A stretch of DNA of 64,000 nt from the human T2T-CHM13v2.0 reference genome, Homo sapiens, in the NCBI RefSeq assembly GCF_009914755.1, contig NC_060947.1; one strand, 5' to 3'. Numbering within the stretch: the first letter of the stretch is position 1; each line of letters starts with the position of its first letter. The position numbers were made by a program, and so were the translations under genes. Positions 1-11,900 of the stretch are shown here, in pieces. The notes under the pieces are model-generated. The model did not search any database. It was not told the origin of the DNA and saw only the letters and a program-made list of their open reading frames with translations.

Positions 1-454
1 AAGGAAATCATCCCTCTCAGCTTGGGGGACCAGGAATAGCAGAGAGATTGTCATTGGAGCCTTGGAGGAATGTGTGATGTCATGACAGAAAAAGGAGGGT
101 TACAACAACAATAAAAGTAGAGAGAAAAGTATGCACAAAGTTGTAAGGAAATGAGGGTATGTAGCCTTTATAAGGAATTTCTTGGGAGCTGGTAGCTTAT
201 TTCAAAATGCCTCAATGGTCCTGAGAAAGACCTTGTAAAACAATTATTTGTTTTGGTGGCAAATGATTTAAAATAGCAACATTTGTATCAATCGTTACAG
301 ATAAAGACTATTATATATGAGATTCAGGTGATCATCTTAGATTTATTTAGTTTGATTATGGAGCAAGAGTTGTTTTATCATGTCAGTATCTGAACAGCCA
401 AATAATTTGCAACCCTATTTATGCTATTTCATTTACATTCCTTTTATTTAACCT

Positions 455-683
455 TATGTAACATTCATAATCTGTCAGACATGCCTAGGCACTTTACACA
501 TATTCACATATTTAAGTCCCTTAACAACCATGTGAGGTAAATACTATTACTATTTTATTCTACATATAAGGAAACTAAGGGTACAGAAATACAAAGTAAG
601 CTGCTCAAGATTATGCAGCTAGTAAGTGGCATTAGACAAGTTTCAAACCCCAGAAGTCTGGCTCCAGAGTCTGGGCTCTTAAT
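455..683 (-). mobile_element. MIR SINE
   Basis: Reverse complement of the MIR core (aaggaaactaagg...cagctagtaagtggc...gtctggctccagagtc); boundaries approximate. Confidence 0.8.
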
Positions 684-780
684 AGCAGACCAATTTTCAA
701 TCATCTTCTCATATTTGTTTTGTGATACCAGCCTTGCAGTTCACAAGGATTGAGCAGAGTGAGATGGTCAAAATGTCAAA

Positions 781-819
781 TACAAAAAACAAAAACAAAA
801 CAACAACAACAACAAAAAC
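781..819. repeat. (CAAAA)n/(CAA)n microsatellite
   Basis: acaaaaaacaaaaacaaaacaacaacaacaacaaaaac is directly visible. Confidence 0.85.
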
Positions 820-3800
820 CATGACTTTGGCAGGGGCGCTGAGGTTAGCTTTGTGGAGTGGGTCTGGACCAGAAAGCTCAGAGGAGAACGTGATAGTAGC
901 CCGCTGAGGTACCGTAGCATGGCTATGAAGGCAGAGGAAGGCAGAGCTACCAACCAGACTGTGTGGAGAAACAGCAGCAGGCGCTGGCAGCAGGTGGGAG
1001 GGAGGAGTGAGAGGGAAGCACGACTTTCCGGCAGCATCCATCTGTTGTCTTGTTGCTTGTCTGCCAGGAGAATTTAGTTGATGACTTCTGAAAGCAAACT
1101 GCCCTTCACCTTAGAACATACTGTTGACAAACAATAGCAGTACTTACAAGTGAAGAAGTGAAGAGCTGGCTTGTTCACTTAGTGGTTCTTGATGGAAATG
1201 GGGCAGAGAACTTTCAATTCAGAAACTCTCAAAACACAGACCAGCCATCAGCTGCACTGAAATACCCCCAAAAGCCGCAAGCCTCTTGTACTAATAATAA
1301 ATTCCACCTTTCTGTGGCTTCTCAACTTAAAGATTGTCAGAAGAGATAGGAGAGGGGAGAAACCCTCCCCTCTGCCTGGCAAGCCCCCAGTGAGGACAAC
1401 TCAGGTTTGCACATGGGTGCATCAGTACCTCTGCAAATGAGTTTGGGTGCTGAAATAAACTGTAACTGTTCTAAAATCAATAAACTTTCTTTTATCAACT
1501 CAACCCATTGCGCTCTCTTTTCAATAGCACTGTTTGTTTCTTTTTAATTCTTTCATCTGGTCTTCCTTTGACCAGCGTGCCTCCCTAGTGTTCCAAGAGA
1601 AGTGTGCTTTGCTGAGGGAATCTTGGTCTGGTCGTTTGGATAAAGAGGTTGATTTCCCTCATCCCTCGTATTGTGAAGGTCAAGTTGACCAGCCTTGGGC
1701 AAGTCCTTAAACTTTCTGGTCCTCTCTGCTGCCCTGTCTGCTTCTCTAAAGCATGCTGTTTCCTCAGTGAAAGACTCATTCAAGTACAAAGAGTCAAGAT
1801 GTGAAATCTTCCAAGCCTGCTGTGCCTGTTGCCTTCTGCACACCCTCAGCTCTGCCCTTAAGTTATTAGTTCAGAAGGGTTTGCAGACTTATAGACAGGC
1901 AGTTCTTTTCGTCTTCAAGTAAGTGACAAGCTATTCCGCCCCAAATCTGTTCACAGTGCTTGACACAGATTGGGCAACAGCGCATTCACTCTTGCTGGAT
2001 CTGCATATATCTCCTAGAACATTTTCCTTTACTTTGTTTTACACCCAGGACACAACTTGTCAAATTACTGACCTGGTCTATCTTGGTAGCCTTTCATTTT
2101 ATTTTATTTTAATTTTTTTTTCAAAGATTGTAACCTGCTTGACAGGAACTGCATTTGCCATTCTGATGGGAAACTGCTTTCTCAGCTCAGCTATTTCACT
2201 TCATCTTATACCAATGAAGAACTTGTTTTCAGATAAGAATTCATAGGAGCGATAAAGGTGACCACAGCATAAGCACAAATCACAAGAAGTTGACAGGTAC
2301 TGGGGTTAATTGATTTCAGTTCACTTGAAAGGTCAGTACATCTTCTTTCCTGCTTCTAGTTCCCAGGTTGAAGCTCCTGTAAACTAATGGACGGTTTTGG
2401 TTTTCCCAGGTTTCCTTAATCCACAGGCCAGTTGTGTTCAGTCTCCCCTAGGCTTCTCTTAACAAAGTGACAGCAGGTTTTAATCTTCCTGTACACACTG
2501 TGGCAGCTGTGCAAACATTTCATTAACAAAAGTGGGAATCATTAAACTTGTGGGTAACTTACACATAGCATTTGATATCAGTAGACCTTAAGATGCCCCA
2601 AAGAAAGGATAAATCTGTGCACCTTAAACGCTACTTTATTTCAAAAAGCTTGAATAGTCATAGCAAAGAAATTAAACTCCATCTAGGGAATTAAAATATG
2701 TAAGAAGGATTTCTGAATTAGTATTCAGTTACAAAATTCTCTAAAATTATATTGCAGCAGAAATAAAGCAACTTCCAGGCAAAAACTCACATTCTGAATT
2801 GAGAAGCTATAGAACGTGAGGCAGGCAAGGCTTTTAAATGAAAAACTGTTTAATATTTTAATGCTATCGTCCATAAGGTTTTGGAATTATGTGGACATTT
2901 CTTCTCAAGATACGAGATTGTTCAAAGATAGCTGCAAAGTTGACACTGGGCTTTGATTCATCTTGGTTTTATTACCACTAAAGTGATTTATTATGTTTAT
3001 TTCATAGTTCTCCTCTCTGAAAATTTTTAATGCATTGCTGACATTTTATTAGTTGAAAAAATTTTATATCAAAAATCCGCCTATGGATTCTGTACTTACT
3101 AGTGTGAAAAGTAAGGACAAATCCCTACTGCCTTCCTAGTTCATTTTTATTTGAACATAACTCACTGTGTGCACCAACAGAAAAACTTATTACTCATTTT
3201 CTGTTTTAAAGATACAGGCTACTGTATTTTTAGGTGTATACCTCTTCTGCCATGCAGTCCTCCCTAATCCAAGAGAGAAAATCACATTTTCCTTAATCCT
3301 GCCATTGGGCTTCTTATACCTCCTTCATAGGATTCACAACAGTTCACTGCACATACGTGTTGCTCTTTAACTACCTAGCAAACTCCTTGAGACCAGGGCT
3401 GATTTAAAGCCGTGTTTACCCAAAACCAACACTTAGCCGCAAATGTCCAATGAATGAAGCCCTTGGGTGAACCACAACGCATATGGTGGTAATCTTAGAT
3501 TCCTCCTGTTCAGTTTTTCCTTTCAGTTAATATAGACTTTTATTCCCAGTTGTGTGCTTGGTCTGGGTAAGAGTATAGGGTTGGGTGAAAAAAGGGTAAA
3601 AGACACAGTCTCTACCTCTAAAGGGCCTACATGTTAGAAAGGAAATTTGCAAATCAACAGATGTATTTGGCAGGTTTAATTTTGAAAAATCTTGTGGTTA
3701 TTTGGTTTAAATTAATTTGTATTACTTTTTAGAAGATTCCTTCACAAAAATCCCATTAAGTTTAAGCAAAAAGGCTCAATCTCTGCAATTCTCCTTTGTC

Positions 3801-3914
3801 TTTCCTGCAATTGATATTGATTTTTATTTAGCAAAGCAGTTGAATTCCACTATGCATTATGCCTGTGCCTGAGGGACCCGTAATGAGGGAAATTGTGTAG
3901 GTCTAATGCATATA

Positions 3915-4125
3915 AAACTTTTCAAATATTAGTGTCTTTAGGAACAATCTGGGGTGCCTGCATATTCCAGGGACTTATGACAAAAGAATCTGTTCCTGCA
4001 GATTTGGTATGAGGCCCAGGAAAGTGGTGTCTAACAAGTTTCTTACTCGTCCCCACCAATATACACATAGAGCAGCTCCATGTGATTCTGATGTAGGTGA
4101 TCCACAAACTACAGAGAGAAAACCT
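3915..4125. mobile_element. MER5-type hAT-Charlie MITE
   Basis: gaggcccaggaaag...taacaag...gtgattctgatgtaggtgatccaca resembles the MER5A/B consensus. Confidence 0.6.
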
Positions 4126-4423
4126 CATTTTAGGCCAGCCCAACCCACTGCCCACCTAATAACTCATTTTCAATGTAGATATAAGTACTCAGTTCCTAAA
4201 ACTAACTGCCAGTGCCTGGGAATGGGGTGAGGAGAGGACATCTGCAAGGAAGTGACATTTGAGTTAGGCACTAAGGGGTGAGAACAGATGATTCAGAGAA
4301 AACTTTCCAAACAGAAGGAACAGAAACAAAAAGGTTTGGGGTTGAAAAGGATAATGTATAGCAAGGCAACAGCAATTAGGCAGGGGTGTCTCAAATAAAG
4401 GATACCCGGAGAGTAGGAAGAGT

Positions 4424-4612
4424 CCCAGCTCTACTATTTCCTAGCTGAATGACCTTCTAATGGTGCATAACCTCTTTGAAACTCAATTTCCCTCACCAGT
4501 AAAATTGTGATAATAACACCTACCAAGCTGTAAGAATTAAGCAAGGTATATGTAAAGTACATAGCACAACACTTGGAGCAAAGCAGGCCCTTGGGAAAGG
4601 ATAGTTGTTATT
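4424..4612 (+). mobile_element. MIR SINE
   Basis: cccagctctact...ctagctgaatgacctt...ctcaatttccctca...gtaaaattgtgataataacacctacc matches the MIR core. Confidence 0.75.
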
Positions 4613-4705
4613 ACCAATACTATCCATATGGTTGGAATTTTCCATTAGTAAAGTGAGTCCATGTACAGAAGGTAAAAAGGAGAATATGAAATTCAAAAAA
4701 CACAT

Positions 4706-6984
4706 TGATATGGTTTGGCTCTTTGTCCCCACCCAAATCTCATCTTGAATTGTAATCCCCACATGTCAAGGGAGGGACCTGGTAGGAGGTCATTGGACCA
4801 TGGGGGCAGTTTCCATCATGCTGTTCTCCTGATAGTGAGTTCTCACAAAAGATTATGGTTTTAAAAGTGTGGAACTTCCCCCGTCCCTCTCTCCTGCTGC
4901 CATGTAAGACATGCCTTGCTTCCCCTTTGCCTTCACCATGATTGTAAGTTTCCTAAGGCTTCTCGAGCCATGCAGAGTTGTGAGTCAATTAAACCCCCTT
5001 TCTTTATAAATTACCCAGTCTCAGGTAGTATCTTTATAGCAGAGAACAGACTAATACAGAGAATTGGTACGGGGATAGTGGGATATTGCTATAAAGATAA
5101 CCTGAAAATGTGGAAGCAACTTTAGAATTGGGCAACAGGCAGAGTTTGGAACAGTTTGGAGGGCTCAGAAGAAGAGAGAAAAATGTGGGAACATTTGGAA
5201 CTTACCAGAGACTTGGAGGGCTCAGAAGACAAAAGGATGTGGGAAAGTTTGGAACTTCCTAGAGACTTGTTGAATGTTTGACCAAAATGCTGATAGTGAT
5301 GTGAACAATAAGGTCCAGGCTAAGGTGGTCTCAGATGGAGATGAGAAACTTATTGGGAACTAGAGCAAAGGTCTCTTTTGCTTTGCTTTAGCAAAGAGAC
5401 TGACGGCATTTTGCCCTTTCCATAGAGATACGTGGAACTTTGATCTTGAGAGAGATGATTTGAAATTGGAACTTATGTTTCAAAGGGAAGCAGAGTATGA
5501 AGGTTTGGAAAATTTGCAGCCTGACCACGTGGTACAAAGGAAAACCCATTTTCTGGGGAGGAATTCAAGACAGCTGCAGAAATTTGCATAAGTAACGTGG
5601 AGCCAAATGTTAATTGCCGAGATGATAGAGAAAATGACTCCAGGGCATGTCAGAGACCTTGGGGACAGCCCCTCCCACCTCAGTCCCACAGGACTAGAAG
5701 AAAAAAAATGGTTTTGTTGATCAGGACCAGGGCCCCTTCAGGACTTGGTGCCCTGCATCCCAGCCACTCCAGCTCCAGCTGTGGCTAAATGGGGCCAACA
5801 TACAGCTCAGGCCATTGCTTCAGAGGGTGGAAGCCCCAAGCTTTGGCAGCCTCCATGTGGTGTTAGGCCTGTGGGTATGCAGAAGACAAGAGTTGAGCTT
5901 TGGGACCTCTGCCTAGATTTCAGAGGATATATGGAAACACCTGGATGTCCAAACAGACATCTACTGCAGGAACGAAGCCCTTATGGAGAACTTCTGACAG
6001 GGCAGTGCAGAAGGGAAATGTGGGTTCGGAGCCCCCACACAGAGTCCCCACTGGGGCACTACCTAGTGGAACTGTGAGAAGAGGGCCACCATTCTCCAGA
6101 CCTCAGAATGCTAGATCCACCAACAGCTTGCACCATGCACCTGGAAACACTGCAGACACTCAACCACAGCTCATAAATCATCCAAAGGGGCTGTACCCTG
6201 CAGTACCACAGGGGCAGAACTGCTCAAGGCCTTGGGAGTCTACCCTTTGCATCACTGTGCCCAGGATGTGAGACATGGAGTCAAAGGAGATCATTTTGGA
6301 GCTTTAAGATTTAATGACTGCCCTATTGTGTTTTGGGCTTGCATGGGGCCCGTGACACCTTTGTTTTGGCTAATTTCTCTTATTTGTAATGGGAACATTT
6401 ACCCAATGCCTGTACCCTCATTGTATCTTGAAAGTAACTAACTTGCCTCTGATTTTACAGGCTCATAGGTGGAAGGGACTTGCCTTGTCTTAGATGAGAC
6501 TTTAGATGTAGACTTTTGAGTTAATGCTAGAATGAGTAAAGACTTTGGGGGACTGTTGGGAAGGCATGATTGGTTTTGAAATGTGAAAAGGTCATGAGAT
6601 TTGGGAGGGATGAGGGGCAGAATGATATGGTTTGGTTCTGGGTTCCCACCCAAATCTCTTGCCAAATTGTCATCCCTACATGTCAAGGGAGGGATGGGGT
6701 GGCAGGTGATTGAATCATGGTGGCAGTTTCTCCCATGCTGTTCTTTTGATGGTGAGGAAGTTCTCATGAGAGCTGATGGTTTTAAAGTGTGGCACTTTCT
6801 CATGCTCTCTCTCTTGTGCCACCATGTAAGATGTGCCTTGCTTCCCTTTGGCCTTCTCCCAAGATTGTAAGTTTCCTGAGGCCTCCCCAGCCATGCAGAT
6901 CGGAGTCAATTAAACCTCCTTTATAAAATAAATTACCCAGTCTTGGGTAGTATCTTTATAACAGTGTGAGAATGGAATAATACA
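4706..6984 (+). mobile_element. Full-length ERVL-MaLR provirus (MSTA/THE1D type): 5' LTR 4706-5058, internal 5059-6622, 3' LTR 6623-6984
   Basis: Both LTRs start TGATATGGTTTGG and end TAATACA. The MaLR internal region is about 1.56 kb, with a polypurine tract before the 3' LTR. Perfect 5-bp TSD CACAT at 4701-4705 and 6985-6989. Confidence 0.95.
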
Positions 6985-8723
6985 CACATCTATTTTGCTT
7001 ATTCATGAATTATCAAGACAATTGAGGTAAAACTTCAGCTGAGTTTTAATCCATCTATTCATTGAGCTACAACTCTGGACTACTTAAAATGGGTCCAACA
7101 CTAGACAATTCTCTCTGTTCTTTTTCTCCTTTTCAATGTGTAGACACAGCTAGAAAGTAACTTTGTTCTGTTTCATCAAAGAATAAAACATCTGAATCCT
7201 GACATCCTGGCCCAGTCATAAGCCATACTTCCACTGCACAAACAGCATCCTGTTTCTTTAATAATGAACACTCCCTATGACCTTGAGGCTGAAGTCTGAG
7301 TTTCTTAGTAGAACCTGCACAGTTTCCACTGTCTGGCTGCTGCCCCCTCTCTGACCACTAACTTGAGGTAATGTGACATTTCAGTAGAATAAAGCTTTCG
7401 AGAACATAGCTGTAGCTCACATATCTTCTTCCCCCATTAAGCATAAAACTATTAGCTGAAGCTGAAATCGTAAATAGTCAATGTTTATTGTATCAAATGA
7501 GTTACATCTTGTAAGTACTTTGAATACTGCCTAGCTCTTGATAGCTGCTATCTACATGCTAAGTAAACTAAACTAAAAATAAAATACAGTAAAATAAAAT
7601 AGAATAATAAAATATTTTCAACCTTATAAGGAAGGGAACCACATTACATACTCATTCTCTTCCCTCTTTTAAAAATTGCTCCTAAAATATTAATAGAATC
7701 TGGTTTGTGTGATTTCTTTTTCTATGTTTTGATTATTCCAAAATATATCACTTAGGGAAGTCTTTTTCAGCCCAATAATGGATCAGTGTGCAGTTTGGTG
7801 AATTATTAGAGCTGAGAAGAGACAAAGGAAGTGAGCAAGCAGATATTAAAGAATAAGCATTTTATTACTGTTTTACAGAGAAGTGGTTGAGAATCACAGT
7901 TGTAGGATTTTTAGAAATCTGCTCTCCATGCAGGCTGCATGATGTAAATCTAAGTGCATTACCTTCCCTATCTGTCCTCAAAGTCTGTGATGGGCTAAAA
8001 TTATACTCTTGTTCTAGGCTGCTCTTTGTCCCGGCTTTGACTATTGCAAAGTATCTCAGATACATTTCTGAACATGACAGCAACATCCACTATACGTGTA
8101 AAATCCAGCAGGTTGGCAGGGCACACATCTTCACTGAAGCAGGGGTGTGAAATTTTATGCATAGTAAGCTATAAACAAGAAGAGCTGCGATGTGCTGAAA
8201 TAGGGAAGGCATATTGTCCTCTGTGTATTCACATTAAATATAAGTCTGTAGTCTCAGTAAACTTAAGAGCACCTTTTGAGGGTGTTCTAATTTGTGTTCT
8301 TCCTGTACACAATGGGGCTTTACCATTAGCAAGTTATTTTTCTTGCCTCTTCTGGAACTTCTTATAGAAGTTTCTCTTCAACTTACTTTTGTGACTCCAT
8401 AATTTTGTTTTAATTACCCTTGTGAGTGTTTTAGTTTATAGTTTTAGTAGGTTATAAATAGCCACCTGGCCCGAGCATTTGTCTCTTAACTGGGGCTTGT
8501 TGAGTGGGTAGAAATCAACATCCATTAAATTCCTGATCCCTGGAACTTCTGACACACTCACAGCCTAGTGGAAGAGAGAAGACATTGCAAAGTGAAGTAG
8601 AGCACTCATTTCAAACACAGTGCTCACTGAGTACTTGTTTTGTGTCAGACACTACACTGAGTATTTTTCCTGCAATAATTCCCACAACTCTGTAAGGTAG
8701 AGACTAGTATTATCCCCATTTTA

Positions 8724-8995
8724 ATGTCCCCTAAGTACACAAATTCTCTCTCTAAAGGGTGCTTACAGTGGAAGTTGAAGTGGGGTAGGCAATGCAAGAC
8801 TGCCTTTCCTACCCTTTTCAATGCCTCTTTCCTTGACATCATGTAGAAAACAAGTACTGTAGTGGCTTACTTAATTTTTTGGTTCTTGTTAAGGGGCTTT
8901 CCTGTGGGCATAGTTGTTCAATTTGGCCTTTCTGGGGTTGGGGGCTATTGATGCAGAATTTTTCTTTTTTAGCCTTCTTGATTCACCTCCTCTTC
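8724..8995 (-). mobile_element. Isolated 5' end (5'UTR) of an L1M-type LINE inserted in a MIR
   Basis: caagactgcctttcctacccttttcaatgcctctttcc...ttttttggttctt...tagttgttcaatttgg resembles the antisense L1M1/M2 5' terminus. It is flanked by a 13-bp direct repeat tatcc(c/c)(c/a)atttta at 8711-8723 and 8996-9008. Confidence 0.65.
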
Positions 8996-11900
8996 TATCC
9001 CAATTTTACAAATGACAAAATTGAGAGAAGGGAGGAAATTGTGAGCAGTCAATGTGTAACTTTATATTTGATTCATTTGATTCACCCCAGTTTTTCTTCA
9101 GTTGAAGATACCAAGAAGCGAAAATACCCTTGATGTCGAGACTGTGAATGAAACAGATTTGATGAATGACAAGACTGTGAATGGGAATAGTGCTCAGACT
9201 TCTTTTTAGTGACTGCATAAGAATAGACACTTCTAGGACTTGAATGTCCCTCCAATCCTTAAGAGTCAGATGGAAAATGCCCTCAGTCCTGAGGCTTGCT
9301 TTTCTATCATGAGAATCTTGGGAATAGTTATCTTTTCCTGTTTTATACATAAAGTTCTGGGTGTATCATTAATTTTCATTTGTTTATTATTTTTTCTTTT
9401 TTTAGCTTTTATTTTAGATTCAGACGTACAGGTGAAGGTTTGTTACATAGGTAAACTCATGTCATGGGGGTTTGTTGTATAGATTATTTCATCACCAGGT
9501 ATTAAGCCTAGTACCCAATAGTATTTTTTTCTGCTCCACTTCCCCCTCCCAACCTCCTCCCTCAAGTAGACTCCAGTGGCAGTTTTTCACTTCTTTGTGT
9601 TTATGAGTTCTCATCGTTTAGCTCCCACTTATAAGTGAGAACATGTGGTATTTGCTTTTCTGTTCCTGCATTAGTTTGCTAAGAATAACTCCAGCTCCAT
9701 CAATGTCCCTGCAAAGGACATGATCTTGTTCCTTTTTATGGCTGCATAGTATTCCATGGTATATATGTAGGAAATTTTTATTATGCCGTGTGTCATTGAT
9801 GGGTATTTAGGTTGATTCCATGTCTTTGCTATTGTGAATAGTGCTGCAATGAACATTCACGTGCATGTGTTTTTATGGCAGAACAATTTATATGCTTTTG
9901 GGTGTATACCCAGTAATGGAATTGCTGGGTCGAATGATAGTTCTGCTTTTAGCTCTTTGAGAAATTGCCACACTGCTTTCCACAATGTTTGAACTAATTT
10001 ACACTCCTACCAACAGCATATAAATGTTCCCTTTTCCCCGCAAACTTACCAGCATCCATTATTTTTTGATTTTTAATAATAGCCATTCTGACTGCTGTGA
10101 GATGGTATCTCATTGCGGTTTTTACTTGCATTTCTCTAATGATCAGTGATACTGAGGTTTTTTTTTTTTTTTTCGTATGCTTTTTGGCTGCATGTATGTC
10201 TCCTTTTGTAAAGCATATGTCCATGTCATTTGTCCACTTTTTAATGAGGTTGTTTTTCTCTTGTAAATTTAAGTTCCTTATAGATGCTGAATATTAGACC
10301 TTTGTCGAATGCATAGTTTACAGATTTTTAAAATCATTCTGTAGATTGTCCAGTCACTCTGATGATAGTTTCTTTTGCTGTGCAGAAGCTCTTCAGTTTA
10401 ATTAGATCACATTTGTCAACTTTCGCTTTTGTTGCAATTGCTATTGGTGTTTTTGTCATGAAATCTTTGCTGTCCCTATGTTCAAGGTGGTATTTCCAAG
10501 TTGTCTTCCAGGTTATTTATAGTTTTGTGTTTTACATTTAAGTCATTGATTCATCTTGATTTAATTTTTTTATATGGGGTTAGGAAAGTGTCCAGATTCA
10601 ATCTTCTGCATATGGCTAGCCAATTAACCCAGTATCATTTTTTAAATAGGGAGTCTTTGTCCCATTGCTTGCTTTTGTCAGCTTTGCCAAAGAACAGATG
10701 GTTGTAGGTGTGTAGCCTTGTTTCTGGGCTCTCTATTCTGTTCCATTGGTTGATGTGCCTGTTTTTGTATTGGTACCTTGTTGTTTTGGATACTGTAGCC
10801 CTGTAGTATAGTTTAAAGTTGGATAATGTGATGCCTCCAGCTTTTTTCTTTTTGCTTAGGATTGCCTCGGCTATTTGGGTTATTTTGGTTTCCATATGAA
10901 TTTTAAAACATTTTGTGTAGTTCTGTGAATAATGTCATTGGTAGTTTTATAGGAATAGCATTGAATCTATAAATTGCTTTGGGCAGTATGGCCATTTTAA
11001 TGCCATGAATTCTTCCTGTCTCTGAGTATGGGATGTTTTTCAATTTGTTTGTGTCTTCTCTGATTTTCTGATTTCTCTGACCAGTGTTTTACAATTCTCA
11101 TTGTAGAAATCACTCACATTCCGGGTTAACTGCCTTCCTAGGTACTTTATGCTTTCTGTGGCAATTGTGAATGGGATTACCTTCCTGATTTGGCTGTTGT
11201 TGGTGTATACGGATGCTATTGATTTTTGTACATTGATTTTGTATCCTAAGACATTGCTAAAGTTGTTCATTGGCTGAAGGAGCTTTTGGGCCAAGACTAT
11301 GGGGTTTTCTAGACATAAAATCATGTCATCTACAAATAGGGATAATTTGACTTCCTGCCTTCCTATTTGTATGCCTTTTATTTCTTTCTCTTGCCTGATT
11401 TCTCTAGAGAGAAGTTCCAATATTGTGTTGAATAGCAGTGGTAATAGAGGGCATACTTGTGCCAGTTTTCAAATGGAATGCTTCCAACTTTTGCCCATTC
11501 ATTGTGATGTTGGCTGTGGATTTGTCATAGATGGCCATTATTATTTTGTGGTATGTTTCTTCATTACCTAGTTTATTGAGAGCTTTAACATGAAGTGACA
11601 TTAAATTTTATTAAAATCCTTATCTGCATCTATTGAAATAATCGTGGTTTTTGTCATTAGTTCTGTTTATATGATGAATCACATTTATTGATTTGTGTAT
11701 GTTGAACCAATCTTCTATCCTGGAGATGAAGCCTACTTGATTGTGATCAATTAGTTTTTGATGTGCTGCTGGATTTAATTTGCAAGTGTTTTGTTGAGGA
11801 TTTTTGCATCAATTTTCATCAAGGATATTGGCCTGAAGTTCTTTTTTTTTCTTTTAATTGTATCTCTGCCAGGCTTGGTATCAGGATGATGCTGGCCTCA

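Noticed and set aside
1351-1373. 9-bp hairpin agaggggag-aaacc-ctcccctct
   Set aside because: A short stem of this kind is expected by chance in 64 kb.
5745-6441. Overlapping ORFs in MaLR internal regions (also 42896-43845 and 46962-47905)
   Set aside because: Fragments of the degenerate MaLR internal ORF or alternate frames; broken by stops.
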